A stretch of DNA of 64,000 nucleotides from the NCBI RefSeq assembly GCF_006345805.1, contig NC_043004.1, positions 29,202,001-29,266,000 of the forward strand, in the 5' to 3' direction. The translations under genes were made by a program, and so were the position numbers. This document shows positions 41,105 to 54,328 of the stretch, one piece after another. The stretch is from Octopus sinensis. Its lineage: Eukaryota. Positions within the stretch are counted from its first letter, which is position 1. Each line of letters opens with the position of its first letter. The notes under the pieces were generated by a model. That model was not told where the DNA came from. It made no database searches and saw nothing but the letters and a program-made list of their open reading frames with translations.

Positions 41105-41912
41105 AAATTCTGAACGATATCTCACTGGTTCACAAGGAAACAGAAATATCAAAATTACATGCTGTTTCATAGTGGATGACTTGAAACTTCATGCTAAGAA
41201 TATGCGTGGGAGCCTTGACCTAGTTACAACGATTTCAAAAGATGGAAAGGTTGGAGTTTGGTCAGGATAAATGTTACATGGTTGTGAAAAGGGGGAAAAC
41301 ATATCTTACAAAGGCACCTATAAAAAAAAATATGTGTCACTAAGGAATATTATAACCGAAGAAAGAAAATTTGGACTTCAGAACTCTGCATTCAATAAAA
41401 CAGTGGCTCAAATTGCGTTTGCAGTGTCAGTACTCATACCAACATTTGGGCTGTTTGATTGGACGCTTGATCCAAGCCATCGATGTGAAAATCAAGCAAT
41501 CGATGTGAGATCCAAGCCATCGATGTGAAAACCTGAAAAATACTAACAAGCACACATAATTTCCACATAAAGAGTGACGTTGACTGCCTCTACCTAAAAC
41601 GCAAACAAGGCAGTAGAGACTCAACATCGATCCGAAATGCCTTTGAATGTCGTATCATATCCTTTCGGCAATATCTTTTAACCAACAAGTGTCGAAGTGC
41701 ATCACTTGACCAAGTTTAAATACATGAGGCTAACATCATAAGGCTTGGAAGGCAGCTCCCTGAGCAAAATTCCTTGTCTGATAACCTAGAATACATGCCG
41801 AAAAAAGTCGCACGACTCTACTGCAACATATCATCAGATGAAAAGATGAGCCGATATGAGCAGAAGACTATATATGGGTACGTTAGTAGAAAGCTCCGAG
41901 ATGATATAACAT
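41105..41912 (+). pseudogene. R4/Dong-like LINE RT fragment, paralogous to 51540-52315
   Basis: ITCCFIVDDLKL..GLEFGQDKC..HNFHIKSDVDCLYLK; begins immediately after (CATA)n. Confidence 0.8.
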
Positions 41913-42468
41913 TTTAATAAGAAATACTCTTCTTACATATACTTTCCTTTTCATAGCAAAGAGAGTCTAAGAAAACTGGTGATGGTCTGTCGGTGAAAAT
42001 TATACAGCGTTATTCGTGAGTTTGGATATATTTCTTTGGAGTGACGAGAAAAAAAACCCTGATGTTCTTTGTCAGTGTATTCGTATGAGAGCCAGAGAAG
42101 AATATAAAATGTTTTCTATTTCGCGGATAAAGGGGTAGTCTCAAAATACTGGACTGCTTTTCTCCTGAAGACATATAAATTTATCAAAACTCAAGGAATT
42201 ATTATTATACTGTACATTCTTCAATCTTGATTATTTCAAATTTCCTAATTGTTTTCTAGTAATGTTTCTACAAATTCCTTATGCACATTCCAGACTACTT
42301 CTACTCAACTTTTATAACAACCGTTCTGCGCAGTTTTTACACTATTCTTTATTACTTCTTTTTCTGCATTGCGCCTTACATCCAGTTCTACATTATTTCT
42401 ATAATATTCTTTACATACAATTCTACACCCTTTCTAAACTATTCTTCATGTATTATGCTACACTACTA

Positions 42469-42672
42469 AGGCGGCGAGCTGGCAGAAGCGTTAGCACACC
42501 GGGCGTAATGCTTAGCGGTTTTTCGTTTGTCTTTACGTTCTGAGTTCAAATTCCGCCGCGGTCGACTTTGCCTTTCGAGGTCGATTAAATAAGTACCAGT
42601 TGCGTACTGGAGTCGATCTAATCGACTGGCTCCCTCCCCGCAAATTTCGGGCCTTGTGCCTAGAGTATAAAA
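42469..42672 (+). mobile_element. SINE family B monomer with 17-bp TSD
   Basis: tattatg(c/t)tacactact on both sides. Confidence 0.9.
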
Positions 42673-44494
42673 TATTATGTTACACTACTGGACAATTCCT
42701 AGTGACGTAGTGGCCAATGCTCTTGTGACGAAATAGTCACTGATTTGAAGATTCCTCCACAGAAAAGTGATATTTAGTTTACCCTGTGTTAATTATTAGA
42801 GTATTAGTTATACCATATATTTTAGGTGGTAGATTGTCAGTATAATTAGAAAGTTAGGCAAAACTTGTGTGCATTCAGTTATTAGTATTTCGCCGATGTT
42901 AGCTTGGCATTACATCCTCCTAGGGTGATACAATACCATTCATGTACTCGAAATAATTTAAGCAACGGATTCAAGTATTCCCTAGACTTCAAGCAAGAGC
43001 CTACGGTTGAGAGACCTGAGAGTGTCTAGATAAATACCTATATCGATTCAATTAAACTGGATAGGTAGGCAGTCAAGTGATATAACCACAGCATTACACT
43101 AGTTTTGTGACACATGTCACAACGTGGAAGCCTGCATCAGCTATAGGGTAATCACTTTGGTTAATAGTCACTGCCAGGCTAAAATCATGGGTTTATTTAG
43201 AAAAAAATAAAGATGTACATTAAGTTCTCAAAAAAAGGTTGTAAAAACTGTAAACCATTCAGTTTGTAGACTGGCATTACATCGACTCATCTGGATGAAA
43301 CTGTCAGCGTGGTCTATGATTAATTAGTGTGAATATATAAGTAGGAAGAGAGTTGCAAAGTGGTTCTGTCTGCAGTTTAAATAGCTTAGAGTCAGGCACC
43401 GAAGAAAACGTAATATTCGCGAACAGTGAGCGGGGAGGTCGTTCTTTCAGCATATTTATATTAATGTCGAACTGTGCTAGTATTGCATGAACGTTTACTG
43501 ACGTTTTCAGTTTCGACACCACCAACATTGAATGCCAACTTACATTAATATGTCAATTATTCAACATTATTTGTCATGCTTATGTTTGTTATAATGAAGA
43601 GAGGATCTATTTATATATTCACACAGAAACGATGATCCACTGAAGATAACAATTTATAGGATATACAGAATTCGACGAAATACTTACTATAGCATTCTAC
43701 TGCTGGCACATTCTAAATATAACGATAACTGAAAAAGGTCATGCAAGTTCAGCTTTTGCTTCTTACGTACAAGAACCAAGAACTTGATTAATTAGTTAGT
43801 AGTGATATCCTTCTTATATCCTTCTTACGTACCTAAGTACCTTCTTACGTACTTAGTAGTGATATCATTTTTACGTACCACATACAAGCAATATAAAAGT
43901 GTCTTTTCAAAGATCGGCTAGTTGGTGAAGAAACCTATAGAAAGAAACTAGTCTGTGGGGTTAATATATAATTTGGTGTATTTCAGATAGAGGCTGGAAT
44001 TACTGGTAATTCGGTTTCTACATGGCGGGATACACCCATTAGATAAAATCTCGAATGATGATAAATGCCAAGATGACGTAATACAATGTGGGATTCTTCC
44101 ATATATGTGTATGTTGGTATGACGTGAACACACGCTGTAGCAACTGCTATACATAGTGTCAGCACAGTCAAATACATTTGTAAAAGCCACAGGTCGACAC
44201 AGCGAAAAATAAAAACTAGTGAATACCTGAGGGCTTGGTCACAGAGCACTTTTACTATATTATGTCTCATCAAAACAATATTTATAGTGATATTTCTGAG
44301 TAAGTTAGGGCAATTTGCCTAAAAATTCAGCAGAAACGAATAAAAGCAGTGCAAGCAAACAATCAGAGTAACCCTACCTCGTTGAATTCGCTTCTGTTAT
44401 TTTTCGAAATGATTCGTGGTTTTGGATTGTGAACTGGATTTCGTCGAAAACAGAAAAACAACTATTTTTAGTAACTATGTTTTTATTTTTACAA

Positions 44495-44645
44495 GCTGCT
44501 GTAAATGGAGACTTCGTGGGTGACAGCGATGAATGAATCTCAGTAGATGAACAGAATCATCGATGGGTGGGTGGGTATTCCGCAAACGTTTATATCCCGT
44601 TCGAAATCATCAAACAGAATCAATATGACACAAGTATTACAAAGC
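44495..44645 (+). pseudogene. Possible piggyBac transposase relic
   Basis: *ISVDEQNHRWVGGYSANVYIP resembles the piggyBac (I/L)SVDE...YIP.KP motif; short and degenerate. Confidence 0.35.
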
Positions 44646-45142
44646 TAGATGTTTGAATTACAACGCTAATAGTCCAGGAAAAAGACTTCTGTAGATTCTG
44701 TCTACCCATTTTCATTTACAGAGTATATATCGAACCTAGATCATGGTAAAATATACTTGGAGATGTGGTATCGAAGACGAGACCTCAGGATAGTAAAAAC
44801 AACTTTCTAACTTTTTACTTCATATATATTCATGCATAAACACACACAGCAGGAGAGATCTTCAAAGTAAGAACATTCATTCGACAAGTGTTTCGACCCT
44901 TATACCTGACACCCCCGAGTCCACCCAGGTCATGATTGCTGCTGCTTTTTAAAATCCTGTCTCCAGCGGGATTTGAATCTAGGTCATTCTTTTTGTGAAT
45001 TTGTGTTTCTCGGTCTATGTTTCAGCCCACTAGGCCATTCTGATTATATTCTTATAAATAACCAATGGAATCCATAACTAGGTCCATTGGTCATTTCTCT
45101 TCGCCCATATCCACATTGAACTCTTTCCAGCAATATCAGACG

Positions 45143-45990
45143 AGTGTTTAGCCCCTTGTGGGTAGTAAAGAAATAGGTATTTAGTCTGCCGTTACGTTCT
45201 GAGTTCAAATTCCACCGAGGTCGACTTTGCCTTTCATTCTTTCGAGGTCGATAAATTAAGTACCAGTTACGCAATGGGGTCGATGTAATCGACTTAATCC
45301 GTTTGTCTGTCCTTGTTTGTCCCGTCTATGTTTAGCCCCTTGTGGGCAATAAAGAAATAAGAAACGTAGCAAGCCGGGCGAAATGCTTAGCGGTATTTCA
45401 TCTGCCCTTACGTTCTGAGTTCAAATTCCGCCGAGGTCGACTTTGCCTTTCATCCTTTCAGGGTCAATTAAATAAATACCAGTTATGCACTGGGGTCGAT
45501 GTAATCGACTTAATCCGTTTGTATGTCCTTGTTTGTCCTCTGTGTTTAGCCCCTTGTGAGTAGTAAAGAAATAGGCATTCCGTCTGCTGCTACGTTCTGA
45601 GTTCAAATTCCGCCGAGGTCGACTTTGCCTTTCATCCTTTCGGTGTCGATAAATTAAGTACCAGTTGCATACTGAGGTCGATCTAATCGACTGACCCCAC
45701 CCCACCAAAATTTCGGGCCTTGTGCCTAGAGTAGAAAAGAATATTTTATATACATCAAAGCGGTGAGCTGGTAGGAACGTTTGCATGTCGGGCGAAATGC
45801 TCAGCGGTATTTCGCCTGCCGTTACGTTCTGAGTACAAATTTCGCCGACCTCGTCCTTGCCTTTCATCCTTTCGGTGTCGATTAAATAAGTACCAGTTAC
45901 GCACTGGGGTTGATGTAATCGACTTAATCTCTCTGTCTGTCCTTGTTTGTCCACTCTATGTTTAGCCACCCCGTGGGCAATAAACAAAAT
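45143..45990 (+). mobile_element. Cluster of family B SINE units (about 4 bodies)
   Basis: Repeated gagttcaaattccgccgaggtcgactttgcctttcat; explains ORF 45421-45987. Confidence 0.9.
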
Positions 45991-46399
45991 AAATATTTTG
46001 TATAAATCTTACAAACACCTCACAGTTTCAAATAGTTTCTTCAAAACCATTGTGAATCCCATAATATAGCGACTGGTGAGAAGACAGATAGACAGAAAGT
46101 AGTTTAGGATGTATCGAACAACTTTTGATAAATAAAGTTGTTCTGTCTGTAATATGAAAGTAACACAGAGTGTGTGTAACTGTATGGCTAGAATACAAGA
46201 AGGTCTATTCTATTCTGTTCCCCACTCATGGCTACTAAGGTCATTGCACTTGACATAAGTACCTTCTGCTTGTAGCGGCTGTCATGTCTTACACAAATAT
46301 CCATGGTTATGTGTGAGAGTCTATAATAACAGCACATATTAATATAACACATAATTTCTTTGCAGACAATCTACAGTTCTAAATGAGAAATATTTGGAA

Positions 46400-46457
<58 letters not shown>

Positions 46458-46464
46458 GCCGCCA

Positions 46465-46510
<46 letters not shown>

Positions 46511-46528
46511 CTACTACTACTACTACTA

Positions 46529-46560
<32 letters not shown>

Positions 46561-46585
46561 ATAATAATAATAATAATAATAATAA

Positions 46586-46616
<31 letters not shown>

Positions 46617-46643
46617 AAGAAGAAGAAGAAGAAGAAGAAGAAG

Positions 46644-47012
46644 AAGAACGCTCAGAGAGCGCAAAGCCCCGCCAAGGCAACACCAACGTCCTCTCAACGG
46701 TTAGCCGGAGATGATTTTTAAGATGAGAATATCGGATATAAACACCATTGCTCTCACAAACAAGAATACTAAAAATGACCCGACTGCTCTCAAAAATTAA
46801 GTAAAAAAAAAAACAGGAAAAATAATCCAGAATCTTTGTCCGGTACTGGATCGATCCTAAAATCTAATCAGTTCGTGCCAGTCACGAGGCCAAACATCCC
46901 TGAAAGTTTCATCCGAATCCATCCAGCGGTTCTTGAGCTATCTTGTCCGCGGACAAACAAACAAACATGGCTGAAAACAATATTATTACCTCTGCCTTAG
47001 CGAAGGCGGAGG

Positions 47013-47016
<4 letters not shown>
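46644..47016 (+). mobile_element. Helentron/DINE-1-like non-autonomous element, copy 1
   Basis: Subterminal ccgccaagg, (ACAA)n near the 3' end, terminal palindrome attacctctgccttagcgaaggcggaggtaat. Confidence 0.7.
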
Positions 47017-47095
<79 letters not shown>

Positions 47096-47107
47096 TAATA
47101 ATAATAA

Positions 47108-47138
<31 letters not shown>

Positions 47139-47189
47139 AAGAAGAAGAAGAAGAAGAAGAAGAAGAAGAAGAAGAAGAAGAAAAGGAAG

Positions 47190-47549
47190 AAGAACACTCA
47201 CAGAGCGCAAAGTCCAGCCAAGGCAACACCAACGTCCTCTCAACGGTTAGCCGGAGATGATTTTTAAAATGAGAATATCGGAGATAAACACCATTGCTCA
47301 CACAAACGGGAATACTAGAAATGAGTCTGACCGCTCTCAAAAATTAAGTAAAAAAAAAAAAAACAGGAAAAATAATCCAGAATCTTTGTCCGGTACTGGA
47401 TCGATCCCAAAATCTAATCAGTTCGTGCCAGTCACGAGGCCAAACATCCCTGAAAGTTTCATCCGAATCCATCCAGCGGTTCTTGAGCTATCTTGTCCGC
47501 GGACAAACAAACATGGCTGAAAACAATATTTCGCTAAGGCAGAGGTAAT
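47190..47549 (+). mobile_element. Helentron/DINE-1-like non-autonomous element, copy 2
   Basis: Highly similar direct copy of 46644-47016 with an altered terminal hairpin. Confidence 0.7.
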
Positions 47550-47562
47550 AATAATAATAATA

Positions 47563-47633
<71 letters not shown>

Positions 47634-47657
47634 AAGAAGAAGAAGAAGAAGAAGAAG

Positions 47658-47689
<32 letters not shown>

Positions 47690-48054
47690 GAATGCTATTG
47701 CATATGTCTATTTTTTGCGCATCCATCCATCTATCCATTCATACATACATATTGTATGTATATGTAGATGTATGTGAATACATTCAATGTATTCTATAGA
47801 ATTAACATTATCAGAGGAATGTATAAATTTTTCTCGCGTGTCGTGTATTTAATTTTGCCCAAAATGACAAGTGGAATAAGAAAGTGAAAATTCATCTCCC
47901 CAGACACAACAAAACAAGCAAGTATTTAAGTCCATAATTTAATGTAATTAAACATTCACTAACCTCAGTTTATTAATTAATTTATTAAAGATAAATATGT
48001 AAATTTTATGATTACTTAGTATACACTTATATATAGTATAAAAATAAATCCTGT

Positions 48055-48255
48055 CTAGGGACAAGGCCTGAAATGTTGGGGTGGGGGTTAGTCGATTATA
48101 TTGACTTTAATACTTAACTGGTACTTATTTTAGCGACCTCCAACAGGATGAAAAGCAAAGTCGACCTTGCTAGAATTTGAATTCGGAACATAAAAAGAGA
48201 AATGCTGCTTAGCATTTTACCTAGCGTGGTAACGATTCTGTAAACTTGCCACCTT
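48055..48255 (-). mobile_element. SINE family B
   Basis: ggatgaaaagcaaagtcgacct is the reverse complement of the family B body. Confidence 0.75.
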
Positions 48256-48381
48256 ATATAGTAAAAAAAAATAATAATTAGAAAAATGTAACTTTATGGC
48301 TTTCATTCAGTCAAATAATGAACAACAGAGGTATAATAATAGTATTGTCATTTCAGGTGTCAGTGTTACATTTCACCGATA

Positions 48382-48431
<50 letters not shown>

Positions 48432-48489
48432 CGTGTGTGTGTGTGTGTGTGTGTTGTGTGTGCGTGTGTGTGTGCGTGTGTGTTTGTGT

Positions 48490-48616
48490 GATGTAATCTC
48501 CAGGGATACAGGCATCCAGCAACAGGACCTCCGTAATTCCATGATGGACCGTGAAGTCTGGCGTAGCATGGTAAATTCCATTGTCTCGACCACGGTCGAA
48601 CAATGATGATGATGAT
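48490..48616 (+). mobile_element. 5'-truncated RTE-like LINE 3' end inserted in (GT)n
   Basis: DVISRDTGIQQQDLRNSMMDREVWRSMV...* with a (TGA)n tail. Confidence 0.7.
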
Positions 48617-49304
48617 GTGTGTGTGTGTGTGTGTGTGTGTGCGCGTGCGTGTGTGTGTGTGCATGTGCGAGCGCACGCTGATTTAGGAGCGGACAAGAAA
48701 GATATGGCGGTATTGTCGTTTATGGCTTGAGGATTAGAATTTACTAATACCATATGTGCGTGTGTGTGAATGACTGTGAGTGTTAGAGAGTGAGAGAGAG
48801 AGAGAGGGGGGAGACAAAAGGTGTGTGTGTGTGTATGCGTGTGCGCGTGCGTGCGTGTGAAAGTGTGAGAGTGTGAGTGCGTGTACGAAAGTCAAGAGAT
48901 GGCGTTATTGATAACACCAGTGTTAGCAATAACCGATGCTTTGCGCGAGAGTGTGTGGAAGCGTGTGCGTGTATGTGTGTATGAGTGAGTGTGTGAGTGA
49001 GTGCATGAGAGAAAAAGACAGTGAGTGTGTGTGAGTAAGTGTGTGTGTAAATGCATAAGAGAGCGTATGTGTGTGTGAGGAGTGCTCGAATCAGTGTGTA
49101 TGTTTCACTGTGTGTGCGCGTGAGTATATGTTTGTGTGTGTAAGTGAGTATGTATTAATGTGTGTGAGTACCAGCTTTTGTGTGTGCACGTGTGAGCGTG
49201 CGTCTATTTGTGTATACGACTGTGTGTGCGTGAGCAAGTGCGTGTATGTGAGTGTGAATGTGAGTGTGTATGTGAGGTGAATGAGTGATTGCCTTAGTAT
49301 GCAA

Positions 49305-49342
<38 letters not shown>

Positions 49343-49371
49343 AGTATGTGTTTGTGTGTGTGTGTGTGTGT

Positions 49372-49958
49372 GTGGTGTAACAATTTACAATGCCTACCGG
49401 AAAAAAACGACTGTCCCAAAATAAACTTCCCTCTTATTGAATACATTCATAAACAACAACTCAAGGAATACTGGTGGAATATTCCCATCAAAACTTCTGT
49501 CAAATGTAAACATGACAGATCGATATTGTCGTTTGGGACACAGGGGAAAAGGTATGTACCGTCATAGAGGTCAGCTGCCCTGCCGATATGAATATTTCTT
49601 TGAAAATCAAAGAAAAAGAAGATATCTATGAACAACTGCTTCGAAACCTCCAGCTTCCCTATCCAAACTATGAATTCATATTCATACCAATAATAATTGG
49701 AGCAGTAGGTTTGTTAGTAAATGCTTAAAGGAGAATCTGGATAAACTAGAATTTTCAGAAAGAGAAATCGACCGGCTAATTCGTGGATTACAAGTGCAAT
49801 CTGTGAATGGAACAGTAAAAATATGTAAGACTTTCTCAAGTTCCAAATGTGAATTTATCTCTGTTAACTACATCACAAAGATGGAGCCATGTATCTTTAT
49901 TAGAAACCGGCTCCTTCCTCAGTGGAAGATTTATAATAATTAAAAAACAGAAGAGACA
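49372..49958 (+). pseudogene. R4/Dong-like LINE restriction-like endonuclease domain and 3' UTR
   Basis: YWWNIPIKT..KH, DIVVWD...VIEVSCPAD, EKEDIYEQL, IPIIIGAVG; the 3' UTR is repeated at 52740-52852. Confidence 0.8.
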
Positions 49959-49970
49959 TCCATACATACA

Positions 49971-52365
49971 TCACTGGCTCAAGTAACTGACCACTTTCTC
50001 CCTACTACAGCTATGGTAAATAGCAAGCGCCACCGCAGTGATTATTGTAGTAGTAGTGATAGTCAGGATTGTATACCTGTGAAATGTGCCCTTATTGAAA
50101 TTTTCCGAGAAAAAATAACTTTGGCTTTGGAGTACTCTCTCGAGAAGAGAATGTTCTCTACCAAAATAAGTAATAAAAAAAACATCAAATACGGTATTAA
50201 ATGCTGCTAACGAAATTGTTGATGAGTATTTACAGCAGTGTGATGAATTCACATTCTGGCAGATTAATGCCTGTCTATATGCTCTATCTAAGCAGTACAT
50301 GAATTACATTCAAAAAGTAAACAAAACCGAGAGGCGATGGCCTCTTGGAGCTAATCAACGGCAGCATTCGACCTATTTTCTGAACAGCCAAGCTAACATG
50401 ACAGTCCAGAAAAGAAAGTACCATCATGGGTTTTGAAGGCAGAGAAAAAGACAACTAGTTTACAGAAGACCATCAGTCATGTAATCATGCTTATTGCGTG
50501 CAAACAAGCAAATCACTATAAGTCACACCAACAGAAATTAAAGAAGGAGATAGAAATGACGTTTGGAGACAACAAAAGGAGGACACTCACTTGCAAACTG
50601 ATTACCCTCAAGCAAGAGTTAAAAGCTGTCAATGAGAAACTCCGACATCAGAAGAGAATAACTGAGAGAGAAACAACAAACAAAAGCATTAACTGGAACC
50701 AGGAGGCAGTATACAATAGATGAGAGCAGGAGCAGTGAACATCACAGAAGCTTTTTCATGAGAAGACATAAACTCCTTCTGGAGGGAAATCTGGAGTAAA
50801 GAGAAGGAGTTTAACCAAGATGCGCTGTGGCTGGAAGAAAACTGAAGAAGTTATTACTCCTGCGTTGCACCCAAGACATACAACAATGATGGTGAAACTC
50901 TTGCAACTGTGATCCAGAAACTCCAGAGCGGAAAAGCACTTTGAAGAGACTAGATTGTTGGATATCGGTAAAAAAACCAAAAAACTAACCTTCTACCGAC
51001 CATATCTTATCAATCCGTACCAGCAAGCTCTCAATGGAAACAGTAGCATACCATACTGGTTAGCTCAGGCAGAGACAAAATTGATCCCCAAATACAGGAC
51101 CACACACATGACAAAAACTACCGGCCAGTTGCTGCAAGAACTTAATGTGTAAGACATATACAGCATGCTTAAACCTCTTCCTCCATGACCATTGTGAAAC
51201 CAGTAACATCATCATAGCAGAACAAGCAGCTGGGAAGAAGGGAGTCCGGGAATGTGCCAAGCAATTGTTAAACAACAAAACTGTGATGTCAGAGAAACCT
51301 CATTTCAATGTGACTGAACTACAAGAAAGACTTTGACTTTACTCCCCGTTCGTGGGTGCTAGAAGCCCTTCAATTTGCTCATGTTCCAGTGAGTGTAGTG
51401 AAAGCCATACTTGAACTGACTTCATCGTGGACCAGTATCCTGAAATTAAACATAAACAGTGAATGTATTATCACTGATAGAATACTGTATCGCAAAGGCA
51501 TATTACTTTGTGTAAAGGCCTTGTCATTCATGGTAAAGAAGTCTGAAAGATATCTCACTGGTCCACAAGGAAAGAGAAATATCAAAATTACACACTGATT
51601 CTTTGCGGATGACTTAAAACTTTATGCAAAGAATATGTATGAAATGAAAAAGAGCCTTGACCTAGTTACAACATTCTTAAAGGATGTAGAGTTGGAGTTT
51701 GGTCAGGATAAATGTTATAAGGTTGTGAAAAGGGGGAAAACATATCTTACAATGGTACCTGTAAAAAAACGTGCCACTAAGGAATATTACAGCCGAAGAA
51801 AGAAAAATTTGGACTTCAGAACTCTCTGCATTCAATAAAACAGTGGCCCGCAATAGGTTTGTAGTGCCAGTGCTCATATCAACCTGGGCTGTTTGATTGG
51901 ACGCTTGATGAGATCCGAGCCATTGATATGAAAACCCGAAAAATACTAACAAGCACACATAATTTCCACATAAAGAGTGGTGTAAACCGCCCCTACCTAA
52001 AACGCAAACAAAGTGGCAGAGACTAAACATCGATCCGAAATGCCTTTGAATGTCGTATCATATCCTTTCGGCAATATCTTTTAACCACCAAGTGTCGAAG
52101 TATATCACTTGACCAAGCTTAAATACATGAGGCTAGCATCATAAGACTTGGAAGGCAGCTCTTTGAGCAAAATTCCTTGTCTGATAACCTAGAATACATG
52201 CCGAAAAAAGTCGCACGACTCTACCGCAATGTATCATTAGATGAAAGGATGAGCCAATATGAGCAGAAGACTATGCATAGATATGTTAATAGAAAGCTCC
52301 GAGATGATAGTAACATTGATCATCAAAGCAGTCTATCATGGACCAGTAACCAGTGGTCATCCCTC
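49971..52365 (+). pseudogene. R4/Dong-like non-LTR retrotransposon, N-terminal region and RT, heavily disrupted
   Basis: TKLIPK, EQAAGKKGVREC..QLL.NK, DYKKDFD, ITH*FFADDLKLYAKN, LEFGQDKC, NFHIKSGVNR.YL. Confidence 0.85.
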
Positions 52366-52366
52366 T

Positions 52367-52407
<41 letters not shown>

Positions 52408-52431
52408 ACATACATATGTGTGTGTGTGCGT

Positions 52432-52469
<38 letters not shown>

Positions 52470-52739
52470 CATCGTCAACATCAGATGTGTGGACGTAGAG
52501 AGCCGTTTAAAAAATATTTTTGAACGTTCCCTTCTACATTTATGCCGAGTCTTCCTGCCTAAATCAGTAAATGATCTATTTCTCCCATTATAAATAAGAG
52601 AAACACCTTTTACCTACCAACGTAGAGTTATTCAGACCGGATTTTAAAAACATAATTTACAATATGTGGAATTTCGCCAGCAACACTACCACCGACAAGG
52701 AGCGGAGCAGTAAAACTATGCAAAACTTTTCTCTAGTTT

Positions 52740-52852
52740 AAAATGTGATATTGTCTTCATTAACTACATTCCAACGATGGAGCTTTGTATCTTTGTTAGA
52801 AACCAGCTCCTTCTTCAAAGAAAGAATTTGAATATTTAAAAACAGAAGAGTA
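52740..52852 (+). mobile_element. 3' UTR of the same R4/Dong-like LINE, followed by (CA)n
   Basis: taactaca...gatggagc..tgtatcttt.ttagaaacc.gctcctt...aaaacagaagag, as at 49866-49955. Confidence 0.75.
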
Positions 52853-53293
52853 ACACACACACACACACACACACATACACACATATATATATATTATATA
52901 ATATATATATATATATATGTAAATTAGCAAGTATGTTTGCATGTATTAACCTATATGTTTAAGTCTACAAATCGGCTGAGTCGATTACAATGCCTTCTGT
53001 TATTTATTTCGACTCCTGCTGAGGATTAATTTACCATTCACCACCTGAAAGTCGATAAAAAAGTAATAATCGACAACGGTGGATTGGCGGCCATTGTTAG
53101 AGCGTCGGACGACAGATCTACTTTCTGTTCCTACTTTTTGCCTACTGACGCATATAAACTAAGACACGTTCACACACACACACAAACACACACATACTTA
53201 TGCATGAGTGAAAGGATATGTGTGCGTGTGAGTGTGTGTGTATAAAGTGACAAATGATGTACAAGCACTTATAAGCGGTATTACTATTACGGT

Positions 53294-54328
53294 GCGGCGA
53301 GCTGGCAGAAACGTTAGCACGCCGGGCGAAATGCTTAGCGGTATTTCGTCTGCGTTACGTTGTGAGTTCAAATTTCGCCGAGGTCGACTTTGCCTTTCAT
53401 CCTTTCTGGGTCGATAAATTAAGTACCAGTTACGCACTGGGGTCGATGTAATCGACTTAATACCTATGTCTGTTCTTGTTTGTCCCCTCTGTGTTTAGTC
53501 CTTTGTGGGTAGTAAAGAAAGAGGTATTTCGTCTGTCGTTACGTTGTAAGTTCAAATTCCGCCGAGGTCAACTTTGCCTTTCATCCTTTCGGGGTCGATA
53601 AATTAAGTACCAGTTACGCACTGGGTCGATGTAATCGACTTAATACCTATGTCTGTCCTTGTTTGTCCCCTCTGTGTTTAGCCCCTTGTGGGCAATAAAG
53701 AAATAGGTATTACTATTACAGGGATCGAGGGCGGCGAGCTGGCAGAAACGTTAGCACGCCGGGCGAAATGCTTAGCAGTATTTCATCTGCCGCTACGTTC
53801 TGAGTTCAAATTCCGCCGAGGTCGACTTTGCCTTACATTCTTTCGGGGTCGATAAATTAAGTACTAGTTACGCACTGGGCTCGATATAATCGACTTAATC
53901 CGGTTGTCTGTCCTTGTTTGTCCTCTCTGTGTTTAGCCCCTTGTGGGTAGTAAAGAAATAGGTATTTCGTCTGCCGCTACGTACTGAGTTCAAATTCCGC
54001 CGAGGTCGACTTTGCCTTTCATCCTTTCGGGGTCGATAAATTAACTACCAGTTACGCACTGGGCTCGATATAATCGACTTAATCCGGTTGTCTGTCCTTG
54101 TTTGTCCTCTCTGTGTTTAGCCCCTTGTGGGTAGTAAAGAAATAGGTATTTCGTCTGTCTTTACGTTCTGAGTTCAAATTCCGCCGAGGTCGACTTTGCG
54201 TTACATTCTTTCGGGGTCGATAAATTAAGTACCAGTTACGCACTGGGGTCGATATAATTGACTTAATCCGGTTGTCTGTCCTTGTTTGTCCTCTCTGTGT
54301 TTAGCCCCTTGTGGGTAGTAAAGAAATA
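53294..54328 (+). mobile_element. Two adjacent family B SINE multimers (head+2 units, head+3 units)
   Basis: ~185-bp units; target motif ggtattactattac at 53277, 53706 and 54329. Confidence 0.92.

Larger units (their letters stand above)
46400..47690. repeat. (TAC)n/(AAT)n/(AAG)n microsatellite array hosting two elements
   Basis: Visible directly. Confidence 0.95.

Noticed and set aside
44878-44940. Minus-strand GACC...GGUC-GAAAC-ACUU-GUC half hammerhead
   Set aside because: The CUGANGA segment is missing.
53294-54328. CRISPR-like or retrozyme interpretation of the 185-bp tandem array
   Set aside because: No unique spacers or cas genes, and no CUGANGA/GAAA core on either strand of the unit.
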